Part shown: positions 8,892-19,988 of the stretch, piece after piece
Layout of the letters: each line of letters opens with the position of its first letter
How positions within the stretch are numbered: position 1 is the first letter of the stretch
Source: Verrucomicrobiota bacterium
Lineage (GTDB): Bacteria > Verrucomicrobiota > Verrucomicrobiia > Opitutales > Coraliomargaritaceae
Direction of reading: 5' to 3'
NCBI GenBank assembly: GCA_039815375.1
Contig: JBCBZJ010000008.1
Coordinates: 1 to 64,000 of the forward strand
Length of the DNA: 64,000 bases
Position numbers and translations under genes: made by a program
Notes under the pieces: model-generated
Seen by the model: the letters and a program-made list of their open reading frames with translations, nothing else
Told to the model about the DNA's origin: nothing
The model's database searches: none

Positions 8892-9737
8892 ATGACAGAG
8901 CCCGAAGAAAGCGATAAGGCCCGGCACCAATACGCAGATTCTGCTGAAGCGAGCCATATCTATTTACTGCCCAATAGTCTTACGGCTGGTAATCTTTTCT
9001 TTGGCTTTCTTGCTATCCTTCGCTGCATACAGGCAAATAACGCGACTGATCCAGAGATTATTTCCGGGCATTTCACTCAAGCTGTTTGGTTCATTCTCTT
9101 CGCCGTGATATGCGATGCCCTTGATGGACGTGTTGCACGACTAGGAGGACGCGAATCCCTTTTCGGCAAGGAGTTCGATTCGCTGGCCGATATAATTTCA
9201 TTCGGAGTCGCTCCTGCATTAATGACGATCTTCCTTATCCTTTCGCCCACCGAAAAATATCCCTTTTTCCTCCAGATTGGTTGGCTGATTGCATTTGTGT
9301 ATCTGCTTTGTGCAGGCGTCCGCCTCGCTCGTTTTAATGTGCTCACTCACCCGATGCTCACACCCGCACAACAACTCAAGCGCACCAAAGATTTTCTTGG
9401 TCTCCCGGTTCCGGCAGCAGCCGGTATGATTGCATCGCTAGTTCTCGTGCTCAACAGCTTCGAACTACGTTCTCTCGCCATCCTCTTGCCAGCCCTGCTT
9501 CTCGCTATTGCTGTGCTCATGGTCAGCAACATTCCCTACCCAAGCTTTAAAGAAATCGACTGGCAAACGAGCACCCGTTTTCGCACCTTTATCTATCTGA
9601 TCTTCGGGCTAGCCATCGCATTTACTATGAAAGAGCTGGCTTTTGCACTGCTTTTCCTGGTCTACATCGCTTATGGCCCAATACGCTATTTCTACCTCAT
9701 CTCCCGTGACCGAAAAAAGCTCCGACATAAACCATAA
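8892..9737 (+). CDS. pssA: CDP-diacylglycerol--serine O-phosphatidyltransferase
   Basis: LPNSLTAGNL, DALDGRVAR...FGKEFDSLADIISFGVAP, RLARFN, FLGLPVP. Confidence 0.9.
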   Translation: MTEPEESDKARHQYADSAEASHIYLLPNSLTAGNLFFGFLAILRCIQANNATDPEIISGHFTQAVWFILFAVICDALDGRVARLGGRESLFGKEFDSLADIISFGVAPALMTIFLILSPTEKYPFFLQIGWLIAFVYLLCAGVRLARFNVLTHPMLTPAQQLKRTKDFLGLPVPAAAGMIASLVLVLNSFELRSLAILLPALLLAIAVLMVSNIPYPSFKEIDWQTSTRFRTFIYLIFGLAIAFTMKELAFALLFLVYIAYGPIRYFYLISRDRKKLRHKP

Positions 9738-9776
9738 GGTAGATGGTGAGATCACTGCGAAAAACGGTGAAGTCTT

Positions 9777-9945
9777 TGTGAAATAAAAAAAACTTTTCCA
9801 CTTTGTTCACGAAATTGAAAAATCACTCACACCGTTCTTCACATAAAAAATCTGCCGTAAATACCTTGCCCACAGTATGTTGATGAGTTTTTCTCATCGC
9901 TCACCACATATACTGTTACGAAGAGATTAAGATTAAGAAAAAGAA
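9777..9945. promoter_or_regulatory. Cluster of DnaA-box-like 9-mers plus AT-rich tract (candidate oriC)
   Basis: TGTGAAATA 9777, TTTTCCACT 9794, TTGTTCACG 9803, TCACTCACA 9823, TTCTTCACA 9835, TTGCCCACA 9866 (1-2 mismatches to TTWTNCACA), then an A/T-rich tract before dnaN. Confidence 0.55.
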
Positions 9946-9996
9946 CTCTTACATAAGCATTGCCAGTAAGTCCGAAAACACAGACAAATTTCCATC

Positions 9997-11124
9997 ATGA
10001 AGTTCCAGATCAACCAGGATCACTTTAGCAACGGTCTACAACAAGTTCTGAATGTCGTCGCCACTCGTTCGACTATGCCGATCCTCAGCAACGTGCTGAT
10101 TGAAGCTGCCGAAGGTCACATTTCTCTAACCACGACAAACCTAGATCTCGGTATCCGTTGCCGCATTAAAGCGGATGTTTCTGAAAATGGTAGCATCACC
10201 CTCCCCGTCCGTAAACTGGCCACCATCGTCCGCGAGCTACCACAAGCTGATGTTTTTGTTGAGTCCGGCGACAACAACCAAGCTAGAATCACCTCAGGTG
10301 GCTCCCTGTTCAAGATTATGGGGATCGGAGCTGACGAGTTTCCGCCGCTCCCCAATTTCGAGAATCGCAAGGTATTCGAGCTCTCGCAGGATGAAATCGT
10401 AGTCATGCTCAAAAGCGTCTCCTACGCTCAATCGACCGACGAAAACCGCTACATTCTCAACGGCGTCTACTTCAATTTTGCTGACGAAAAACTCACTTTG
10501 GTGGCAACTGACGGTCGTCGCCTCGGTTTGACTGCTCTCGAAACTGAAATTAGTGATGAGAATGTTGGAAGCTTGATTCTCCCGGCCAAAACCGTCGCTG
10601 AACTCGAACGTCTCATGGGTAAAGGCGAAAAGGTTAAGATCGCTTTCAATGACCGCCAGGCTGCTTTCGAAATCGATATCGACGAAGCGGGCGACTCCGG
10701 CCTAACAGATCACCTCTACCTCGTTTCCAAGGTTGTTGAGGGCAACTACCCAAATTACCGCCAAGTGATTCCCAAGGAGACTGAACACCGCGTGAAAATT
10801 GAACGTGAGCTTATGCTTGAGTGCGTTCATCGCGCTGCACTTGTTACCTCCGACAAGAGCAACTCCGTGAAGCTAAAGATGAGCAAAAACCTTCTCGAGA
10901 TTTCCGGTGCTTCCAGCGAGTACGGCGAGTCCCACGAATCGATGGCAATCGCCTACGATGGCCCTGAAGTGCAAGTCGCTTTCAACCCTCAGTTCCTGAT
11001 GGAACCACTGAAGGCACTGACCAAGGACGAAGTATTTTTTGAATTCAAAGATGAGCTAAGCCCCGGTCTTTTCAAGACGCTTGAAAACTTCATCTGCGTC
11101 ATCATGCCGCTACGCCTGAACTAG
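9997..11124 (+). CDS. dnaN: DNA polymerase III beta sliding clamp
   Basis: [51 protein letters not shown]. Confidence 0.97.
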   Translation: MKFQINQDHFSNGLQQVLNVVATRSTMPILSNVLIEAAEGHISLTTTNLDLGIRCRIKADVSENGSITLPVRKLATIVRELPQADVFVESGDNNQARITSGGSLFKIMGIGADEFPPLPNFENRKVFELSQDEIVVMLKSVSYAQSTDENRYILNGVYFNFADEKLTLVATDGRRLGLTALETEISDENVGSLILPAKTVAELERLMGKGEKVKIAFNDRQAAFEIDIDEAGDSGLTDHLYLVSKVVEGNYPNYRQVIPKETEHRVKIERELMLECVHRAALVTSDKSNSVKLKMSKNLLEISGASSEYGESHESMAIAYDGPEVQVAFNPQFLMEPLKALTKDEVFFEFKDELSPGLFKTLENFICVIMPLRLN

Positions 11125-11160
11125 AGTAGGGAACTTTCCGTCTAATTCATCTTACCTATC

Positions 11161-11184
11161 AGGGCGGCCGTGGGTCGCCCTTTT
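11161..11184 (+). terminator. Probable intrinsic terminator after dnaN
   Basis: AGGGCGGCC-GTG-GGTCGCCCT followed by TTT. Confidence 0.55.
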
Positions 11185-11193
11185 GATTTTTCC

Positions 11194-12078
11194 ATGCTCT
11201 ACAAACTTACAGTCGAATATCTACTTTTCGGTCTTGCTGTTGTCTCTGTGATACTTCCTCTGCTCGCAGGGCGGACGGGTTTACCGATTCTTAATGTATT
11301 TGGAAGATGGATACGGTGGTTCCTGTTTGGAGCGTTACTGGCCTTTTTTCTGCATGTTTTTGAGTTATCGTTCCGGCCCGCATGGGTGCATTTTCTCACA
11401 GGATTGGCTGTCTGGTTTATGATTGAGACCGGTTACAACTGGATCGCAATAAAGACGCTCAGTCGTAGTGAACTTCCCCTTTTTCCAACTTTTCAGGAAA
11501 ATACCGATGGCGATGAGTGGCCGGCCGACAAACAGTTCATAGATTTAAAGGATTGGCTTAAGTCCGAAGGTTTCAAGCGGCGTGGCGCGCTGAAGGCCGA
11601 ACTTTTTGAAGGAACCTATCTTCGTGCTTCGGTTTATGAAAGCACGGACCAACTTACACGTATCCAAATACTTTTCCTTCCCAAGCGCCAGGGTGGTGCT
11701 TCAGCGTGTTTCATGATCCAAACCTGTGGCAGCGACGGGAAGCGCTTGATTACAGACAATCAGTTTCTTCCTTACGGCGGCTATTACCCTGAAAGTTGGC
11801 ATCTTGTCCGTAAGCCTATGGTAGGTTCATTGAAGCGTTTGCTGGCACTGCACCATCAGCGCGTCCTCGAAACCAGTCTGGATCCGGTTGTGATCGATAG
11901 CACAGCACTCGAAGAGTTAAACGAACAACAGCGTATCCTGGAGCGACTCAACACCGACATCGGCTTCTTGGTGCCGCGAGCACAGCAAGAGGAGGAAGGC
12001 AAAATTACTGCCGAAGGTTGCTATCGACTCTGGAAGGAAATGTGGCTCTTGGCTTATCTAGGCAGGTCGGTGAGTTGA
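11194..12078 (+). CDS. Hypothetical membrane protein
   Basis: ~295 aa ORF, three N-terminal hydrophobic segments plus a soluble domain. Confidence 0.75.
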   Translation: MLYKLTVEYLLFGLAVVSVILPLLAGRTGLPILNVFGRWIRWFLFGALLAFFLHVFELSFRPAWVHFLTGLAVWFMIETGYNWIAIKTLSRSELPLFPTFQENTDGDEWPADKQFIDLKDWLKSEGFKRRGALKAELFEGTYLRASVYESTDQLTRIQILFLPKRQGGASACFMIQTCGSDGKRLITDNQFLPYGGYYPESWHLVRKPMVGSLKRLLALHHQRVLETSLDPVVIDSTALEELNEQQRILERLNTDIGFLVPRAQQEEEGKITAEGCYRLWKEMWLLAYLGRSVS

Positions 12079-12248
12079 TTGGTTTGCCATTCGGCAATTC
12101 GACAATCAGTCGCATCGCCTACGACGAAAGTCGCTTTGCCGGAAATTCCATGGCTTGGAGAAACTTTTTCTTTTCGTCCTGAAATGAATCCGGATCTTTC
12201 GGGGTTGAACGCCTTGGGAACGAAGACTAAAGGACCCGATGAATCGAT

Positions 12249-13667
12249 TTATGCATTGATATGGTCCTCCGTGAACTTTATCGATTGGTTCGTCTCAGCG
12301 GCTTGATTGACCCAGTAGATGGGGGCTTCAGATTCAAATGCGTGGCGAGCGTCACAAGTGAGCTTGGCTTTGCCACGAATTGCATCAAAAAAGTTTTTGA
12401 TGTGCGGTTGATGGATTGGATTGTTGATTAATTTACCCGCTCTATCTTCAGTGAAGCCTAATCCACCGGGAATTGCATATTTTTCGGGCGGTGCAGATTC
12501 ATAGGAAGGAATCACATCAGATCCACCACTTTGTGAAACTGCGGAAACTTTCTTAAGGTAACCTCTCGAAACGAGATCATCCCACTTTTGCGGATTGGCT
12601 CCTGATTCTTTGTAGATGTTAGTGTAAGCCTCCCGTTCAGAGATGGCGATGGTCCCCTCGGTTCCCATAAACGACTCATAGTAGCCACCACCGGCGCTTG
12701 TTGTCGTGAGGACCTGATAGAAGGCCCGTGCGTTTCCCTTCGGAGTATCGTAGTCAAATAGGCACATGACGTTATCGAAATGTTCTCGATCTGTGAAATG
12801 ACTCCGTCCACCAGATGCGTGGACTGAATTTGGCCTTGCATCCAGGAACCAGTTGAAAACATCGATCTGGTGAGCACCCAGATCGGAGATGGGCCCTCCG
12901 GAAAGATCTTTAAAGAACCTCCAGTTTTCGAAACGTCTGCGCAGCTCAGTTTCATGGAGGCTGCGCTTTGCGCCACGTTCAAAGCCGTATTTTCGAAGAG
13001 TTGCGGCATTTGGAAGGATGTTTTTTTTCGGATGGGATTTTTCGTTGGAACCGGCCAATGAACGGTTCCATTGCCCGTTCACATTAACAATTTGTCCGCA
13101 TATCTGCTGCTTGCGAATCAGTTCGTTAAGAACAAAAAGGTAACGCGGATTACTTCGCCGCTGATGCCCAATTTGGCAGAGTTTTCCAGTTCGATCCATG
13201 GCTTCTACCATCGCGCGAGCACCTTCGATGGTGTTAGACATCATTTTTTCGCAGTAGACGTGACAACCAGCTTCCAAAGCCATAATTGTGTGTAGTGCAT
13301 GCCAGAAGTCTGGTGTCGCAACAAAAACGGCGTCCATATTCTTGCCCTCTTTTGCCAACATTTCCTCCGCGTCCATATAGGTCGCGATTTTGTAGTCGAA
13401 GGCCCCGCGTATTCTATTGAAGGTTTTGTTAAGGCGATCGGTTGTCATTATATCGCAGGCAGCGACAAAGCGAATCCCCGGAAGGTTGATCATCGCTTGG
13501 TAGAGCACGTCATGCTGGGCACCACAACCGACAAAGCCGATGCGAATTTCATCGGATGGAGCTCGTAGCGTTTCGGCTTTTATAATGGAGGGAACGCCAA
13601 GTGTTAGCCCTGCAGCGGCTGTGGTTTTGAGAAAGTGACGGCGCGGAATGGAATATGAGTTTTTCAT
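12249..13667 (-). CDS. Tat-exported Gfo/Idh/MocA family oxidoreductase
   Basis: RRHFLK Tat motif, IRIGFVGCG, ATPDFWH, HVYCEK, QIGHQRRS, NWR, DLGAHQID. Confidence 0.92.
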   Translation of the reverse strand: MKNSYSIPRRHFLKTTAAAGLTLGVPSIIKAETLRAPSDEIRIGFVGCGAQHDVLYQAMINLPGIRFVAACDIMTTDRLNKTFNRIRGAFDYKIATYMDAEEMLAKEGKNMDAVFVATPDFWHALHTIMALEAGCHVYCEKMMSNTIEGARAMVEAMDRTGKLCQIGHQRRSNPRYLFVLNELIRKQQICGQIVNVNGQWNRSLAGSNEKSHPKKNILPNAATLRKYGFERGAKRSLHETELRRRFENWRFFKDLSGGPISDLGAHQIDVFNWFLDARPNSVHASGGRSHFTDREHFDNVMCLFDYDTPKGNARAFYQVLTTTSAGGGYYESFMGTEGTIAISEREAYTNIYKESGANPQKWDDLVSRGYLKKVSAVSQSGGSDVIPSYESAPPEKYAIPGGLGFTEDRAGKLINNPIHQPHIKNFFDAIRGKAKLTCDARHAFESEAPIYWVNQAAETNQSIKFTEDHINA

Positions 13668-13687
13668 TTTGGAAGTGTGTTTCAGAG

Positions 13688-14305
13688 TTATTTATTGATG
13701 AGCCAATTTGCGCCGGTCCATTTTGCTAAAGGATTTCCTAGCTCAAGTCGGTTGTAGTTCGCTAAGACCAGAGCAAGGCAGACCAAAACAATATGTGTTC
13801 CTAGCCAGGCGACACCGGATGCTTGATTAAGGAGAATTAGTCCAAATGTAAGACTAGTGTAGACCAGTCCCATCGCCAGAAGTGAGAGTCGGGTCGCGAG
13901 TCCACAGAGAACGCATATTCCAAGTGCGATAAAAATTGGTCCAAGGGAGTAGTCGTAGACTTTTAAGGACCAATCCATTAGGAGCGGCTCTTTCTGCAGT
14001 TTATCGCCTAAAGTTGGAGGAATTCCTTTGTAGTTTCCCCAAGCATAGAATTTCTCGCTGATTGTCGTTTGTGTGCCGTTCGTGTCGGCCTTGCCATCAA
14101 CGATGGTAGGAACTGAGATCAGTTTGGCACCGGCGAATTTTTCTATTCCAGCTTGGAGGCTTCGCATGCCGAGCCATAGCCTGAGAAGTAAAATTGCGCA
14201 AGAAGCGCCAAGTTGATCGATAGTGAATGTATGTGCTTGAGGTATATTTTTTGATGGTTCCATGAGCGTTTGGATTAGGTCATTATTGACTCCTTTAAGG
14301 CTCAT
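13688..14305 (-). CDS. DoxX-like membrane protein
   Basis: LLLRLWLG...AGIEKF, GLATR, several TM helices. Confidence 0.7.
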   Translation of the reverse strand: MSLKGVNNDLIQTLMEPSKNIPQAHTFTIDQLGASCAILLLRLWLGMRSLQAGIEKFAGAKLISVPTIVDGKADTNGTQTTISEKFYAWGNYKGIPPTLGDKLQKEPLLMDWSLKVYDYSLGPIFIALGICVLCGLATRLSLLAMGLVYTSLTFGLILLNQASGVAWLGTHIVLVCLALVLANYNRLELGNPLAKWTGANWLINK

Positions 14306-14334
14306 GAACCCGATCTGAATTTCAATTCAGAAAG

Positions 14335-14482
14335 GTCTATTATAGACTATTTTAATAAACGTTTGTAATTTTATAAATATATTTAAAACAGATACTTATG
14401 TTATCAATATTTATATCTATTAGGACGAAATAGGACACCTAAGACTACTAGAAATCCCTCTTTTTAGGGGTATATATCCCTA
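14335..14482. promoter_or_regulatory. AT-rich promoter region with direct and inverted repeats (candidate regulator sites)
   Basis: GTCTATTATAGAC palindrome at ~14335; TAGGAC 14421, TAGGAC 14431, TAAGAC 14440. Confidence 0.35.
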
Positions 14483-14522
14483 GTTATTCTGCATGCTAAA
14501 TAGGAAATTTAACCGATAGCTC

Positions 14523-15170
14523 CTAGATAAGACCTTTTCGAATAGCAGTCGCCACGGCAGCAGCCACGTTTGTTACCTGCAGTTTCTTGTAAAGGTTTTC
14601 GGAATAGCGATTGATCGTGTGGATGCTCAACTCGAGATTCTCTGCAATTTCTTTTTTGACGAAGCCCATCGCAAGTTGTTCGAGAACTTGTTGTTCCCGC
14701 TCGCTGAGAGGGTTCTCTTCCGGTGCTTCACTCGAAGTAAGAACTTTGAGGACAAGTCGTGACAATCGTGGATCAATCACGTTTCCGCCTTCGTTGACTT
14801 CACGAATTGCGTTCCATATCTCATTTATAGAAACGCTTTTCAAAAGGTAGCCAGCGACTCCGAGTCTAATTGCTTCCAGCGTTCTTAGATAATTGTCATC
14901 CTGAGTTAGAACAATAATTTCCACATTTGGAACGATCTGTTTGAGAACTGGAATAAAGTCTACTCCGTTTCGACCGGGCAATTGAAGGTCAAGGAGTATG
15001 ATATGAGGACGTAGGGTAGAGTACCCCTCCCTGAGCGCTTCTACTGCCTCTTCACCTCGTCCAAAATTTGCAGCAAGTAGCATATCAGGTGCGGCCTCAA
15101 TTGTATCCTGCAGTGATTGGCGGTAGGCTATATTATCTTCAATTGTTATAATGCGAATAACTCTGTGCAC
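14523..15170 (-). CDS. NarL/LuxR family response regulator
   Basis: REC domain (IEDN, LLDLQLPG, GYLLK) plus LSEREQQVL..LA.G...KEIA HTH. Confidence 0.93.
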   Translation of the reverse strand: MHRVIRIITIEDNIAYRQSLQDTIEAAPDMLLAANFGRGEEAVEALREGYSTLRPHIILLDLQLPGRNGVDFIPVLKQIVPNVEIIVLTQDDNYLRTLEAIRLGVAGYLLKSVSINEIWNAIREVNEGGNVIDPRLSRLVLKVLTSSEAPEENPLSEREQQVLEQLAMGFVKKEIAENLELSIHTINRYSENLYKKLQVTNVAAAVATAIRKGLI

Positions 15171-15193
15171 GGTGCTTAACTCGGGTATTTAGA

Positions 15194-17149
15194 TTAAAGC
15201 TTCAATCGAATCCGTACACCGTCCTCGGGTGCCGTGTCTAATTCAAAAACTGCCGACAATCTGCGGGCTCTCATTTCCAAATGCTTGAGTGGAAGACGAT
15301 GGGCGGGAATGCCGACTCCGTTGTCTTCGATAAGGATGTTGAGTTCACCGGGCATAGAGAGGAGTGAAATCTTAGCTGAGTCTGCTTGAGAGTGTTTACT
15401 GGTATTATTGAGAGCCTCTTTGATAAATAGCATCATGTCCCATTGGCGAGTTGGGCTCATTTGATTAAAACGTTTTGTTTCCTTAAAGTCGAACTCGAGA
15501 TTGATTTCACCAACTATTAGGGTCGCTGTGTCACGGACTTGTTCTACCCAACTATGTCCGCTGTTTTCGTGTTCCAGAAAGTGGACAATTTGTCTGGCAT
15601 CTTGTGCGCTTTGGCGTGCTGTTTGAATAGCTCCTTTGTAGAGCTCAGCCTGTTTCGAACTCACTTTTTCCTGTGAGTGCTCCAAAAGCTGTAGAGAGTG
15701 AGCAACGCTCATCATATTTGCACCCAAGTGATCATGGATATCGCAGGCAATATTTTCGCGTATGTTTGCCCAACGACGCTCCAGCATGAGGTAGCCGAGC
15801 CAAAAAAGGAGCAGCAGAAATATAATGAATCCGATAGCAGCTAGAGTTAAATAGGATGCGCGTTCTTTCTCTACCTCGCGGGCAACAAGTAGCTCCCTTC
15901 GGAGACTGGACAGAATTCTCTCGATTCGCTTTCTCTCGGTAAAATCTTCAACCCATCTGCGCAGCCGAAGAATCTTGCCCTCAGCTGTGATACCATCTGT
16001 TACGGCATGAACAGCATAACTAGTTTCCTGCATACCGATTAGCTTCGGGATAATTCCTCCAGATATAAGCCTACCTGCAGAAAAAATTTCTATTTCATCA
16101 ATTGTTAGCTCATTGATCCCGAATCTGTAATCAGGAACTATGTTCTGCATTTCGATCCTGACGTAACGAGCCCGAGTGGGTTGAACTCGCAACATCAAAG
16201 GATTTGATCCCGTCCGTGGGTAAATCTCTGTTTGATCAATGAGGGTTTCCGATCGTTCGAATAGCCGATCTCGCGATGCGATGATCTTAATTCCCCTTGG
16301 AAATCCTATACCGCTTGAAGAAGTATAGTTGAACTGGATTGTGTGTGCCAGAGGCCAGAACCGGAATTCGTCGATAGTCCTTCTGCTTCCAAGGTCAAAA
16401 TCCATTACGGTTCTTTCAATTCCCCGCATTCGTAAAGGCACGCGATTTGGATTCTTCGGGTTTCGATCTACATTAGAGTGAAGAGAAAAACCGTCTGTTA
16501 ATGCGTCAGGGGTCCAAATGTATGAGTCAAATTCTGCCGAATTGGTTTTAACTCTGTGATTGAGGGCAACATTGTTTGGGCCTGCGAAAGCCATCATCTC
16601 TGCCAAGGCTGCCCTGTATTCTCCAGTGACCCATGTCCGATTCTCGCTTAGTTTAAAGATATTTAGCCGGAGGCCAGTGGTCGCTTTTACCTCCTCCACT
16701 TGGAAGAGCTGGGGTTCGATTCCTTCGATAATGTAATCCTGATCCCTGAAGTCGAAGAGAAGTTCGTATTCTCCTGAGTCAGTGAGACGCTCAATTGTGA
16801 AGCGTGTAGGAAAACAGAATGGTTCAAGCTGTTCTCCATCTTCTGTGTAGATCGCCGGCATAAGGGCTATAAGATCTATCGAGAAAGCGCTTCCGAAGTT
16901 TGTCTCAATGCTGATCTCGACCTCTGGCTGATCGAAATCTTTCGAAAGGTAGCCTAGAGTCCATGGAGTAAGATTCAGGCTTTCTTTTGGAAGTTCAGCG
17001 AGTTCTTTCTCAAGCGATTGAATTTGTAGTTGAATGCTCTCGGAGTTACGAGTCGTCTCTGAGAATCCAGCTAACACCGGTGCTGTTGCAAAAGAGACAA
17101 GGATAGAAAGTCTGGATAGACCTTTCAATGGGTTACCCGCGAAAAGCAT
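15194..17149 (-). CDS. Sensor histidine kinase (HisKA_3 type) with periplasmic discoidin/galactose-binding-like domains
   Basis: Signal peptide, NVAL..., ALTDG, DFDLG..., ARYVRI; TM helix; IACDIHDHLGA, EALNN..KHS, EDNGVGI. Confidence 0.88.
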   Translation of the reverse strand: MLFAGNPLKGLSRLSILVSFATAPVLAGFSETTRNSESIQLQIQSLEKELAELPKESLNLTPWTLGYLSKDFDQPEVEISIETNFGSAFSIDLIALMPAIYTEDGEQLEPFCFPTRFTIERLTDSGEYELLFDFRDQDYIIEGIEPQLFQVEEVKATTGLRLNIFKLSENRTWVTGEYRAALAEMMAFAGPNNVALNHRVKTNSAEFDSYIWTPDALTDGFSLHSNVDRNPKNPNRVPLRMRGIERTVMDFDLGSRRTIDEFRFWPLAHTIQFNYTSSSGIGFPRGIKIIASRDRLFERSETLIDQTEIYPRTGSNPLMLRVQPTRARYVRIEMQNIVPDYRFGINELTIDEIEIFSAGRLISGGIIPKLIGMQETSYAVHAVTDGITAEGKILRLRRWVEDFTERKRIERILSSLRRELLVAREVEKERASYLTLAAIGFIIFLLLLFWLGYLMLERRWANIRENIACDIHDHLGANMMSVAHSLQLLEHSQEKVSSKQAELYKGAIQTARQSAQDARQIVHFLEHENSGHSWVEQVRDTATLIVGEINLEFDFKETKRFNQMSPTRQWDMMLFIKEALNNTSKHSQADSAKISLLSMPGELNILIEDNGVGIPAHRLPLKHLEMRARRLSAVFELDTAPEDGVRIRLKL

Positions 17150-17273
17150 ATCGTGAGTGTGTTTGGATTTAGTTAAATCGGAAAGCGAATTTTGTAGTTT
17201 TGGACCTGCCTTGGCTTAAGATTGTCACTCTTTGAGGTAACCCGGATCACAAATATGCCTAAATTTGACCATC

Positions 17274-17303
17274 AAAAAAGCCCCCCGTGTTGGGAGGCTT
17301 TTG
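17274..17303 (-). terminator. Intrinsic terminator after gnd
   Basis: AAAAAAGCCCCCC-GTGTT-GGGAGGCTTTT hairpin with U-tract on the minus strand. Confidence 0.75.
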
Positions 17304-17323
17304 AGAGTGTATCCAGACCTTGA

Positions 17324-18832
<1,509 letters not shown>

Positions 18833-19071
18833 AGTTCGAAACGAATGTTAGTGTTAGATAAAATAAGTGCACAGCATCCCCGACAGGGGCGAATATGCAA
18901 GCCGGCCAAACTACAATCGACCGACTTGTAACAAAAATGCATAATCGCAAATTTTTTTGCATAAATACGCAATCTGTAGTGAGTGCACCCCTTTGCCCGG
19001 CTAAGACATTGTTAAAACTGTAACGAGCTATTGAGTTGAAATGAAAGACGAATGCATCAATTACTGCATTT

Positions 19072-19692
19072 ATGGAGGTAGTTGCTAAAATCTCAAAAGA
19101 ATGGCGTCGGCGGATGCTATTCATGTTCTGCATGATCTTCGGTATCGCGGCATGGTTTATGTCAGACGGTTACTACTTCTGGCCGAATGAAGCCCAGCGC
19201 TATGTGGAGTTCTCGCAGGTTCGTGATGAGCTTGAGGCAGCCGGCAAACCGGTCGAAGACGATAGCCAAGAGCTGCGTGTAGCTTGGGAGCGATATGCCC
19301 GTGAAGTCGGCTACTCCGCAAAAAAGCCCAAGGAGCGCACCGATGCATCGATTCAGGAGCAACGCGTTATCGGATGGGTCATGATCGTGGGTTCGCTGGG
19401 TTTTCTTGGATGGATCGCGTGGAACCACAAACTGACTATTGAAGCACACGGCGAAATGATCACCGGAGCGTCCGGCCAGAAGGTCGAGATCGATTCGATT
19501 GTCGCAACCGATCGCAAAAAGTGGAAGAACAAGGGCATAGCTTACGGCATTTACCAAGAAGGCGGTAAAGAAAAGCGGCTTTGCCTTGATGATCATAAGT
19601 TCGCCGGCTGCGAAGCCATTCTACTTGAAGCAGAGGCGCGTATCAAAGCGCGCAGCGACGAGACGGAAGAAAGCGATACGGAAGAGAGTTAA
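19072..19692 (+). CDS. Hypothetical membrane protein (2 TM)
   Basis: 206 aa ORF with two hydrophobic segments. Confidence 0.75.
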   Translation: MEVVAKISKEWRRRMLFMFCMIFGIAAWFMSDGYYFWPNEAQRYVEFSQVRDELEAAGKPVEDDSQELRVAWERYAREVGYSAKKPKERTDASIQEQRVIGWVMIVGSLGFLGWIAWNHKLTIEAHGEMITGASGQKVEIDSIVATDRKKWKNKGIAYGIYQEGGKEKRLCLDDHKFAGCEAILLEAEARIKARSDETEESDTEES

Positions 19693-19936
19693 ACCCAAAT
19701 GATGCAAACGGACATTGCGGCCATTCTAGTTGGTCGTGTAAGTGTCTTTTCCATTAGGCATGTTTCCAATGCATAGCACGAAAGACGTGCCCACCGAAAA
19801 ATAGTATCCGTAAATTCCTTAGACGACCAAGATAGATAGCTGCCTGTCAGGTCGATGGTCATTTATGGTTATATATGCTCCCTCGGTTTTCAGCTGCACA
19901 GCACCCTTGCTCAGTCTACGGCATAATCCAGGTTAA
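19690..19936. mobile_element. MITE-like dispersed repeat, copy 2
   Basis: Starts TAAACCCAAATGATGCAAAC, contains TGCCTGTCAG (19841), ends GCATAATCCAGGTTAA; right half is a long imperfect palindrome. Confidence 0.65.
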
Positions 19937-19938
19937 AC

Positions 19939-19967
19939 AAAAAAGCCCCCCGTTTCCGGGAGGCTTT
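19939..19967 (-). terminator. Intrinsic terminator after DUF11 gene
   Basis: AAAAAAGCCCCCCG-TTTC-CGGGAGGCTTT. Confidence 0.75.
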
Positions 19968-19988
19968 CGAAAGTCGAGCAGTTGTTTC

